Source: Rickettsiales bacterium
Lineage (GTDB): Bacteria > Pseudomonadota > Alphaproteobacteria > Rickettsiales > UBA3002
DNA: 64,000 bases
Direction of reading: 5' to 3'
Assembly (NCBI GenBank): GCA_046154225.1
Contig: JBJXEM010000041.1
Span: 3,411 to 67,410, forward strand
The position numbers were made by a program, and so were the translations under genes. The notes under the pieces were generated by a model. That model was not told where the DNA came from, searched no databases, and worked only from the letters and a program-made list of their open reading frames with translations. Below are positions 1 to 7,284 of this stretch, piece by piece; the stretch's first letter is position 1; each line of letters begins with the position of its first letter.

Positions 1-363
1 GACCAATATTCCCGCTATTACCATCTGTACGAAACCATCCTGCAATATGACTATCCAGCATCGAGCGGTATCGGCCGCTATCGTCCAGATCGTTTTGTAT
101 CGCGCTTTTCATTGAAAACTGCCGTGGCAGAAGCGTTCGAGAATCTTATTTCAAATACAGCGCGTTTGGGCTGCGAGCTTGTATTGAGTTACCCGGAAAA
201 TGGGCTATTCGAAAACACGAAGGAAAATATCCTGAGCTTGTTGGGCAAGCATTTCACCCAATGTGAAATTGCACATGAGATTCAGCACAAGCACTCATCT
301 ATGGGTGGCTCCCAAGGCAAGCCGAAATATCAAGTGAATGAACTGATTTTTTACGCGAGATAA
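1..363 (+). CDS. C-terminal fragment of a D12-class (Dam-like) N6-adenine DNA methyltransferase; the 5' end lies outside the window
   Basis: Frame 1 is open from base 1 to the stop at 361-363. The tail HKHSSMGGSQGKPKYQVNELIFYAR parallels the E. coli Dam C-terminus (RRSISSNGGTRKKVDELLALY), and GCELVLSYPENG parallels the Dam VLISN segment. The next gene starts 2 nt after the stop. Confidence 0.6.
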   Translation, partial: DQYSRYYHLYETILQYDYPASSGIGRYRPDRFVSRFSLKTAVAEAFENLISNTARLGCELVLSYPENGLFENTKENILSLLGKHFTQCEIAHEIQHKHSSMGGSQGKPKYQVNELIFYAR

Positions 364-365
364 TC

Positions 366-1337
366 ATGGCAAAAGCTACCGTTCCACAGCATCTGGCGCT
401 CCGTCAAATTCCACCCGATGCGATAAAGAGCAACCCCGATAACCCGCGCCTTTTCTTCCGTCCTGAAGAGATGGAGGAGCTAGAGGTTTCTATTCAAAAA
501 ATTGGCATTCAAGTGCCTGTTTCCGTTTACGAGAAGTCACCCGGGAAATACATTTTAATTGACGGTGAGCGCCGCACTCGTTGTGCACGGAAGCTAAACT
601 TAGATACTGTTCCCGCGTTGGTGCAGAAAGAACCATCCCCCCTCCAAAATCTGCTGCTGATGTCGAGCATCCATGCGTTGCGCGAGCAGTGGGATTATTT
701 GACGATTGCCTTGAACCTTGAAAAAATTATTTCTCTTTACGAGAAGGAAAATGGCGATAAGCCAAGCGAGAGTGTTTTGAGCAAAATTACTGGGCTCAGC
801 CGAGGGCAAATTCGTCGATGCACGTTGCTGCTGAATATTCCCAAACGCTATCGCAAAGAACTCATTGATGAATTGGAGAAAAAGAAAACCGACCAAGTAA
901 TAACCGAGGATTTCTTTCTCGAGATGGAGGGAGCATTACGCGCGGTAAATCGTAGATTTCCTGAGTATGCTGAAAACATCGATGAGATTCGTGACACGCT
1001 GATCGATAAGCGTCGGGATGGCATTATTGGTGCCGTTACCGACTTCCGTAAGCTGACGAAAATCGCCACCAGCCATGACAATGTTGGTGAGACCAAGGCT
1101 ACAGTAAAGCGAACGCTGGATAAGGTTTTCAACCCAAAGAATAAAACTTCCATCGAGGAGGTTTACAACGACACCGTACACTTCGCTTACGCGGAAAAAC
1201 GAATTGGTAGCCAGGTCACTGCTGTAACAAAATTCGTTGATGAGGCCTTGGGCAAAAAGCACGAGGTGATGGATGAGCAGCTACTTTCAGAACTTAAGGG
1301 CCTGTACCTGAAACTCAAAAAAATCTTCAAGGACTAA
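366..1337 (+). CDS. ParB/Srx N-terminal-domain protein (ParB-like nuclease/CTPase fold) with an uncharacterised C-terminal half
   Basis: IPPDAIKSNPDNPRLFFRPEEMEELEVSIQKIGIQVPVSVY...YILIDGERRTRCARKLNL carries the NPR and GERRxR boxes typical of ParB/Srx domains. The gene is tightly packed between its neighbours. Confidence 0.75.
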   Translation: MAKATVPQHLALRQIPPDAIKSNPDNPRLFFRPEEMEELEVSIQKIGIQVPVSVYEKSPGKYILIDGERRTRCARKLNLDTVPALVQKEPSPLQNLLLMSSIHALREQWDYLTIALNLEKIISLYEKENGDKPSESVLSKITGLSRGQIRRCTLLLNIPKRYRKELIDELEKKKTDQVITEDFFLEMEGALRAVNRRFPEYAENIDEIRDTLIDKRRDGIIGAVTDFRKLTKIATSHDNVGETKATVKRTLDKVFNPKNKTSIEEVYNDTVHFAYAEKRIGSQVTAVTKFVDEALGKKHEVMDEQLLSELKGLYLKLKKIFKD

Positions 1338-1341
1338 CTAG

Positions 1342-2184
1342 ATGGCGTGGGACCAACATGACCCGAATCGTCTTCTAGGCGATCCCGTAAGGCTTGAGCT
1401 GGTCGCGCGCCACCGAAAAACGGTGCGCATCAATGAAGAGATCGAAGGCTCACTTCAGTGGCGGCCAACCCTCCATTTTGAAGCCAATGAATTCTCTATC
1501 ATTGCTGCTGACGTCCGCATCTCACCGTTCCCCGAGAGTTTGATGCTTACGCGGGCAAAAATTGCACAGGCACACCTGCCCATCACACTTTATTCTGTTT
1601 GCGAGTTAGCCGCTTTTGTTACCCGTGAAGGGCAAAAAGAAGCTAAGGAAGCAAAGGCTCACGGGCTTGGTTTATTTACGGTTGACCCAGATGGTGTGGT
1701 AGCCAAGCAATTCAGCGGCATCCCAATCATCAACCATATTCACGCGGCTGAAATCGATGCATTGTTGGTGGGCATTCCAAAGGCAACCTGCCTGCGTATT
1801 AAGGATGCATTCGACAGCTACAACAGCAAACCAACGGATGGAATAACTGCCATTTCCGAAGTGCTGGAAGATCTCGTAAACAACGCAGCCAAGGGGGCTG
1901 TTAAAAAGGGCTGGCTCACTCCCGCCGAGGCAGGCCTTATGCTCGCAGGCCTTTTAGACGGCATGGCGCTAAAACCGCAATTTCTTGCCCAGTCAGCGGC
2001 GATTGGCAGTGTTCGTGGGTTCGTAAAGGAATATCGAAACACCGCCAACCATAGTCCACGCAGTCGTAGGCAGGCATACAACAAATATGTGAAATGTCGT
2101 CAGGGCTTCTATGCAGGCATTACGGCAATCGACAATTTCCATAAAGCTATGAAAGGAGCGGGTTTGAACCCGAAGGTTAGTTAG
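1342..2184 (+). CDS. Hypothetical protein with a C-terminal helical region carrying an RNxxxH (HEPN-like) motif
   Basis: The start lies 4 nt after the ParB-like stop. The segment SVRGFVKEYRNTANHSPRS fits the Rx4-6H / RNxxxH signature of HEPN RNase domains. The N-terminal half matches no family I recognise. Confidence 0.45.
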   Translation: MAWDQHDPNRLLGDPVRLELVARHRKTVRINEEIEGSLQWRPTLHFEANEFSIIAADVRISPFPESLMLTRAKIAQAHLPITLYSVCELAAFVTREGQKEAKEAKAHGLGLFTVDPDGVVAKQFSGIPIINHIHAAEIDALLVGIPKATCLRIKDAFDSYNSKPTDGITAISEVLEDLVNNAAKGAVKKGWLTPAEAGLMLAGLLDGMALKPQFLAQSAAIGSVRGFVKEYRNTANHSPRSRRQAYNKYVKCRQGFYAGITAIDNFHKAMKGAGLNPKVS

Positions 2185-2483
2185 TCACGTCACCAAGAGC
2201 GGTTGTTATTGCCGTTCCAAAGCCACAACTCTTTAGTTGTTTTGCCTTTTAAATAGCGCGGAAACGCTGTATTTCATACACTCCAAAGACGGGGGCTTAC
2301 TCCTCCGCCATTTGAAACGAAAGCGGTTTTGACCCGCGGAGTTCGAATCTCAGTCAAGGGTTCGTTAGGTTCGAAAACCTAAATTGCCTTGAAAAAGCAA
2401 AAACCTGTCGGTTCGAACTTGGTTGTCACAAATCTTTAATATATTTATGATATTCTATGGGTTAGATTAACCTCAGGCATAAC

Positions 2484-3371
2484 ATGCAAATCAAACCGGA
2501 TTTATCGCGCATCGCTTCTTACACATTGGCAGATGACGGGCCAAAGCCTACAACCATTCGTTGCTATTCGAACGGACAGCAAAATTTATTTTACATTAAC
2601 GCCAGCCATGTACGCGGAACGGATAATGCGACATGCGCTAAAATTGAAGAAGCGATTACCTACCTAAAGCCGCAGCGTGTTGTCATTGAAGCATGTAACG
2701 ATCAGCCCATAAATGAGGGCAGTGAAGTCGCATATGCAAATACATTAGCAGCCCAATATAATATTCCTTTGGTTCGTGCGGAACCATCGGATAAAGCCGT
2801 TTTCGATAATATCGGTGTCAAAGGCTATTCGGCAAAAGATGTGATGGCGCTGTATTTGCTGCGATCCATTCCGCAAGGCAGACAGCAAGGCTATGTCATG
2901 GATGAGCCTCATTTCGCAGAACGCGCACGCCAGTTTTTATCTGGCCATCCAGCATTTGCGCATATTCCTGCATCGGAAAGGCTATCTTACGAAGAGTTCA
3001 AAGCAAAGTATGTCCCACTGCTTGGTAAAAATTTTCTCGAAACAACTACTAATGACTTTGCTCCGTTTGAACATGAAGGTGCGACCTATTTTCAGAAATT
3101 GAACGCTGCTGTCGGCTGGATACGCGAAGCGCATATCGATACAACGATTGGCAATACGCTGAATGAAGTAGGAGCTGATAATGTGCTAGTAGTATATGGT
3201 GGTGCTCACCGCACGATTTCAGAGCCAGTTTGGGAGCATGCGTTAGGCAAAGGTGCTGATGTAAGTCCCATTCAAGAGGCTACGGGCATCCCGTATCGTA
3301 ACGATTGGACACTGCAACCACGCAATCAACAAGGGCGCGTTGTTGCAATAACCCGTAGCGCAACCAATTAA
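2484..3371 (+). CDS. Hypothetical protein (orphan); weak resemblance to the Tiki/TraB/ChaN-type GxxH ... GGAH motif pair
   Basis: A 295-aa ORF in AT-rich DNA. FYINASHVRG near the N-terminus and LVVYGGAHRT near the C-terminus recall the two His motifs of the Tiki/TraB/GumN superfamily. This is a by-eye comparison only. Confidence 0.45.
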   Translation: MQIKPDLSRIASYTLADDGPKPTTIRCYSNGQQNLFYINASHVRGTDNATCAKIEEAITYLKPQRVVIEACNDQPINEGSEVAYANTLAAQYNIPLVRAEPSDKAVFDNIGVKGYSAKDVMALYLLRSIPQGRQQGYVMDEPHFAERARQFLSGHPAFAHIPASERLSYEEFKAKYVPLLGKNFLETTTNDFAPFEHEGATYFQKLNAAVGWIREAHIDTTIGNTLNEVGADNVLVVYGGAHRTISEPVWEHALGKGADVSPIQEATGIPYRNDWTLQPRNQQGRVVAITRSATN

Positions 3372-3500
3372 GCGAGCATTCGCTCGATAACTTCACTGCT
3401 GGCATAGTTAATTCGATGCCGTACAATCGCGGCGAAATCTGGCGCAAAGGTTCGAAAACTGTTCACTACGCGCCGCCACATGTCCTCACACCCTGCATCG

Positions 3501-4106
3501 TTACAAATCCCCGGTCTTAAACTCACTATAGCCCTCGTAGTAATAGCTGACATCGATGCCTTTCATGAAGATTTCGCGGTCGTGGATTTTGTCGGTCAGT
3601 GCAGCGTGCAGGAGGTGTTTGATTTCCACATCCTTCACCACGCTGCGTTCCATCGCTGAGAGATAGGCGTCCTTGTCCACCAAATTCCAATCGATTACGT
3701 TTTGGATGTTCGTTTTGAGCATCACGTCGAGCCAGATGCGCATGGCGCGACCGTTGCCTTCACGGAAGGGATGCGCGATATTCATTTCAACATATTTTTC
3801 GATGATATCATCAAACGTGCTATGCGCCATGGTGTCGAGATGGGCCAGTGATTGCGGCAAATACATGAGCGGCGCAAAACGGAAATTTCCCTTCGCGATG
3901 TTCACATCGCGGATGTTGCCCGCAAACGCATAAATATCCTCAAACAGAATTTTGTGAATCCGCGCCAGCCCGGCAAAGGTTCCCACTTCAATCGCATCGA
4001 TTTCCTTCGAGTCGAAAAGCTGCTTGGCTTTTTGCTTGCTAATTTTTTCCTCGGCCCTGCTCAAATCCACCTGATGGGTGAGATGTAATTTATTTTCTAA
4101 CACCAT
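3501..4106 (-). CDS. fic: Class III Fic-domain protein (AMP-transferase with a C-terminal auto-inhibitory helix, NmFic-like)
   Basis: Fic motif HPFREGNGRAMR (HxFx[D/E]GNGRxxR). The C-terminal SYYYEG fits the inhibitory [S/T]xxxE[G/N] motif. The roughly 200-aa length and overall similarity to Neisseria NmFic (IDAIEVGTFAGL..., KYVEMNIAHPF...) agree with this call. Confidence 0.9.
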   Translation of the reverse strand: MVLENKLHLTHQVDLSRAEEKISKQKAKQLFDSKEIDAIEVGTFAGLARIHKILFEDIYAFAGNIRDVNIAKGNFRFAPLMYLPQSLAHLDTMAHSTFDDIIEKYVEMNIAHPFREGNGRAMRIWLDVMLKTNIQNVIDWNLVDKDAYLSAMERSVVKDVEIKHLLHAALTDKIHDREIFMKGIDVSYYYEGYSEFKTGDL

Positions 4107-4183
4107 GCGCTACTCCCTCCCAAAGAGGCATACAGCGTGCGTACGACTTGCGCAAAGGTTCAATGCAATCACACCGCCCCACA

Positions 4184-4214
4184 CAAAAAAACCCGGCACA
4201 ATGGCCGGGTTTTT
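4184..4214 (-). terminator. Rho-independent terminator (bidirectional hairpin) downstream of the 65-aa ORF
   Basis: The stem ACCCGGC-acaatg-GCCGGGT is flanked by an A-run (4184-4191) and a T-run (4210-4214). On the minus strand the hairpin is followed by TTTTTTT. Confidence 0.75.
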
Positions 4215-4234
4215 CGGGGTGAGTTAGACGCTAA

Positions 4235-4432
4235 TTAAGCGACTTTGCTGCCTTGGCCGGGTTTTTGCGAACCGGTGGGTTCGTCTTTCATGCCGCCGGT
4301 TTTATTGGCGTCGCGGATATCATCCTTGCGGGTGTTATCGCCGACTTGGCTTTGCTGGTTTTTCGGCTGTGGGGTTTTCGAATCCTGCGGACGTTGGTTC
4401 GCGGAACCGGTTTGATTGTTCGACTGTGTCAT
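4235..4432 (-). CDS. Small, highly hydrophilic Gln/Asn/Lys/Gly-rich protein (hydrophilin / stress-protein-like)
   Basis: A strong SD (AAGGAG) sits about 6 nt upstream of the ATG and an intrinsic terminator lies just downstream. The 65-aa product has no Cys and no hydrophobic segment. Confidence 0.6.
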   Translation of the reverse strand: MTQSNNQTGSANQRPQDSKTPQPKNQQSQVGDNTRKDDIRDANKTGGMKDEPTGSQKPGQGSKVA

Positions 4433-4644
4433 AACAACTCCTTAAGTTTTTCGCCGGGCGGAATGCCGTGGCGATGAGGGCAAGGCATCCTGCTCCTTGA
4501 GGGTAGGATCTCAAGCCACATGCCAAGGCTTTCTTTGTGGCCTGAGATCCTGCGGTCGAGCCACAGGATGACGAAACTGTGATGCCCAGCCATCGTGAAC
4601 TGTGCCTGTAATTTTGGACTGCTATCGCGCTTGACATCACGAGT

Positions 4645-4663
4645 GATAATGATTAGCAACTGC
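4645..4663 (+). promoter_or_regulatory. Fur-box-like operator overlapping a TTGACA -35 element (4631-4636) upstream of the cupredoxin/FTR1 genes
   Basis: GATAATGATTAGCAACTGC matches 13 of 19 positions of GATAATGATAATCATTATC, with the first 9 positions perfect. It is placed about 55 nt upstream of the iron-uptake operon start. Confidence 0.35.
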
Positions 4664-4717
4664 ATCACACATCAATAAGAATGAGTCGCAAGTGCGCCGA
4701 TAACCAATTCACTCTGT

Positions 4718-5053
4718 ATGGTAATTTTTATGAGTAACAAAAAACTCCTTATCATCAGCTTGCTGTTAGCCACGCTACCGCAGCTCGCTTTCGCCGATGA
4801 TTTTCGCCTGACTTATAAGGACGGCAATTTCACTCCCGCCACACTTACCATCCCTGCCGGTGAAAAAGTGAAGCTCATAGTAGTGAATCAGGATGCCTCG
4901 CCCATCGAGTTCGAAAGCCACGAACTGAACCGTGAAAAAGTGGTTTCCGGCAATGGCGAAGCGGTAGTGTTTGTCGGTCCGCTTAAGGCTGGAAGCTACC
5001 CTTTCGTCAACGAGTTCAACGAGAAGGCTAAAGGCACCCTCGTCGCCAAATAA
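4718..5053 (+). CDS. Periplasmic cupredoxin-like protein associated with an FTR1 permease (FtrB-like)
   Basis: Signal peptide KKLLIISLLLATLPQLAFA, then a single beta-sandwich-sized domain (TLTIPAGEKVKLIVVNQD...AGSYPF). It lies directly upstream of an FTR1 permease. An alternative start is at 4730. Confidence 0.7.
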   Translation: MVIFMSNKKLLIISLLLATLPQLAFADDFRLTYKDGNFTPATLTIPAGEKVKLIVVNQDASPIEFESHELNREKVVSGNGEAVVFVGPLKAGSYPFVNEFNEKAKGTLVAK

Positions 5054-5231
5054 TTCATCAGTTCTCTGGAGTTTCCTGCTCCATGTGTGCTGCGTCCCGC
5101 TCGGGTGTTTACAGCAGAATCCTCGGCGGATTGAGATACGAAGGCGCGGATTTCTTCGGCATTAGCGACGCCGCGGCCAATCAGGCAGCCCGTGTGCTGG
5201 TGGAATATGCATTCTATTTTAGAGGTCACCC

Positions 5232-6062
5232 ATGCTCGCCACATTAATCATCGTGTTTCGTGAAGTGATGGAAGCCGGGCTTGTCGCAGGCATCGTGCTG
5301 GCTGCCACGCGCGGCGTGCCGCAGCGTGGCCGGTTCGTGGCTTATGGCATTGCTGGCGGCGTGTTGCTGGCCTGTGTGGTCGCCATGTTCGCGCGTACTC
5401 TCGGCGAAGCGATGGAAGGGTTCGGGCAGGAATATTTTAACATCGGCATCCTCAGTGCCGCTGTACTGATGTTGACATGGCATAACGTGTGGATGGCCCG
5501 TCACGGCCGCGAAATCGCCACCGAAATGCGGGCGCTTGGGGCCGAAGTGGCAAGCGGCAATCGCACCCTCACCGCACTAGCCGTGGTGGTAGGCGTGGCG
5601 GTGCTGCGCGAGGGTTCGGAAGTGGTGCTCTTTTTATATGGCGTGGCCATTTCGGGGCAAAACTCTGCCGCGTCGATGCTGAGTGGTGGCGCGTTGGGGC
5701 TGGTGCTCGGCGTCGCGCTGGCGTGCGTAACCTATCTTGGCCTCATGCGCATTTCGAACAAAAACCTGTTCAAAGTCACGACCTGGATGTTGGCTCTGCT
5801 GGCGGCTGGTATGGCCACGCAAATCGCGTTTTATCTGCAGCAGGCACAAATCGTGACGGTGCTGGGCGACGTGGTGTGGGACAGCTCGGCCATCTTGGCG
5901 GATAGCAGCATCGCGGGCAAAGCTTTGCACACGCTGGTGGGCTATACCGACCGCCCCACGGCATTACAGTTGTTGGTGTATGTGGCCATGCTGGCGGTTA
6001 CCGCAGTGCTGATGCGCCTGTTCGGCCACACGCCGCAACCCAAGTTGCAAGCGACCGCCTGA
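5232..6062 (+). CDS. FTR1-family high-affinity iron permease
   Basis: Two REXXE motifs (FREVMEAG and LREGSEVV) in a polytopic membrane protein of 276 aa. The SD AGAGG lies 6 nt upstream. Confidence 0.85.
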   Translation: MLATLIIVFREVMEAGLVAGIVLAATRGVPQRGRFVAYGIAGGVLLACVVAMFARTLGEAMEGFGQEYFNIGILSAAVLMLTWHNVWMARHGREIATEMRALGAEVASGNRTLTALAVVVGVAVLREGSEVVLFLYGVAISGQNSAASMLSGGALGLVLGVALACVTYLGLMRISNKNLFKVTTWMLALLAAGMATQIAFYLQQAQIVTVLGDVVWDSSAILADSSIAGKALHTLVGYTDRPTALQLLVYVAMLAVTAVLMRLFGHTPQPKLQATA

Positions 6063-6908
6063 TTATTTCAGCCGATGCTCGATGCTTTTCTCTAGATCGT
6101 CGAGCCGTCGGATAATCTGGCCGATTTGCAACTCGGCGCGCACATTTATATCGTGGTCGATTTCCGCCACCAAGCGGTCTTTATCGGCGGCGCGGTTCTG
6201 GCTCATCATGATGATGGGCGCGGAATAAACAGCAAGAAACGACATGCCGAGATTGAGCAAAATGAACGGAAACTGATCCCATAACGGCCACGGGTTTTCG
6301 GGGTGCGCGGCATTATGCACGTCGGCGATGGAGTTCCACGCAATCCAGCCGAAAATGACAATGCTAATGGCAAAAATAAAGCGCCAGCTGCCCATCACCT
6401 GCGCCACCCAATCGCTGACGCGCGCACCAAAAGTGATGCGTGCGTCGTCAATCTGGTTCACGTTGGCAATCGGTTCGCCGCGTAGCAACGCGTCGGATTT
6501 ATACACGCGCAGCGCCAGCGTTTTCATCACATCAATCGCGGCTTGCGGATGGGCAACCAGGAATTTCTCAAACGCATCAAACGCGAGGGTGAGCATCTGT
6601 GTGGCCGTGACCGAACGCACACGCGCCGCGCGCGGCTGCTGAGTGAGCAGTGCCAGCTCGCCAAAATATTCTCCCGCCCCCGCTTCGCCCAACAACACTT
6701 CTTCGCGCGCATGGCTGTGGGTAATGAACTGCACCTGACCGGACAGGATGATGAAAAAGCTGTCACCCGGCTCGCCCTCACGCAAAATGGTTTGGCCCGG
6801 GGCGAACGACACGGGCTGCATCGCCGCACGTAAATCCGGCAGCGCTTCGGCCGCCACGTTGGCGAAAAGCGGAATGCTGTTCAGGTCGAATTGCGCGAAA
6901 TTATCCAT
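6063..6908 (-). CDS. Cyclic-nucleotide-binding domain protein fused to a DUF1003 membrane domain
   Basis: N-terminal cNMP-binding fold (FFIILSGQV...FGELALL...RAARVRS). The C-terminus carries the DUF1003-type PFILLNLGMSFLAVYSAPIIMMSQNR segment. The start overlaps the upstream gene by 8 nt. Confidence 0.8.
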   Translation of the reverse strand: MDNFAQFDLNSIPLFANVAAEALPDLRAAMQPVSFAPGQTILREGEPGDSFFIILSGQVQFITHSHAREEVLLGEAGAGEYFGELALLTQQPRAARVRSVTATQMLTLAFDAFEKFLVAHPQAAIDVMKTLALRVYKSDALLRGEPIANVNQIDDARITFGARVSDWVAQVMGSWRFIFAISIVIFGWIAWNSIADVHNAAHPENPWPLWDQFPFILLNLGMSFLAVYSAPIIMMSQNRAADKDRLVAEIDHDINVRAELQIGQIIRRLDDLEKSIEHRLK

Positions 6909-7284
6909 CCATCATCCCCGTTTGCAGTGCGATGATTGTGAGTAAAATATAGGTGAGCTGGTGCAAAAACTGGTCGAAGCCAAACACGATCCAATACCAC
7001 GCACCCGAATGTGCGTTCAGGGAATAACGTTTGTTGATTTGATTCTTCGCCCAGTCGATATGATAGTGAATCACCGCATCGAGTAGCGCGAGGCCCAGCG
7101 CGGCCCATGGCCCCACAAACAGCACCGCCACCAGCCATGTTCCCGCCGCGTGAATGCTTACATGCAGCAGCCCGCCGGGGTGACCGTAAATGCCTTTATT
7201 CTGGTACTGATACGGCCGCTGCAATGGAAAATCGCAGAGGAAATGTTTGGCCATCAGGGCCACAAGCAGTGCCAGTTGCGTCAT
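6901..7284 (-). CDS. DUF3307-family membrane protein
   Basis: KHFLCDFPLQ ... HVSIHAAGT ... HYHIDWAKN pattern in a 127-aa hydrophobic protein. There is an ATGA overlap with the cyclase stop. Confidence 0.65.
   Translation of the reverse strand: MTQLALLVALMAKHFLCDFPLQRPYQYQNKGIYGHPGGLLHVSIHAAGTWLVAVLFVGPWAALGLALLDAVIHYHIDWAKNQINKRYSLNAHSGAWYWIVFGFDQFLHQLTYILLTIIALQTGMMDG

Noticed and set aside
2290-2425. Possible tRNA, tmRNA fragment or att site. The evidence was CGCGGAGTTCGAATCTC (a T-loop-like GTTCGAAT), two further GGTTCGAA motifs and a GGGGGCT start resembling an acceptor/tmRNA 5' end.
   Set aside because: No cloverleaf can be folded. The T-stem 3' half (CTCAG) does not pair with CGGAG, there is no D-arm-like sequence, and there is no CCA-proximal acceptor complement. 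At most it is a degenerate remnant. It is mentioned only as context for the AT-rich island.
3368-3553. A 61-aa minus-strand ORF just downstream of and overlapping fic, considered as a possible Fic antitoxin.
   Set aside because: This Fic protein carries its own C-terminal inhibitory SxxxEG motif (class III), so no antitoxin is expected. The ORF overlaps the fic 3' end, lacks an SD and has no inhibitory motif.
5083-5247. A 54-codon ORF (MCAASRSGVYSRILGGLRYEGADFFGISDAAANQAARVLVEYAFYFRGHPCSPH) in the cupredoxin-FTR1 spacer.
   Set aside because: It has no SD and no recognisable motif, and it overlaps the FTR1 start. The evidence is insufficient to call it a gene.
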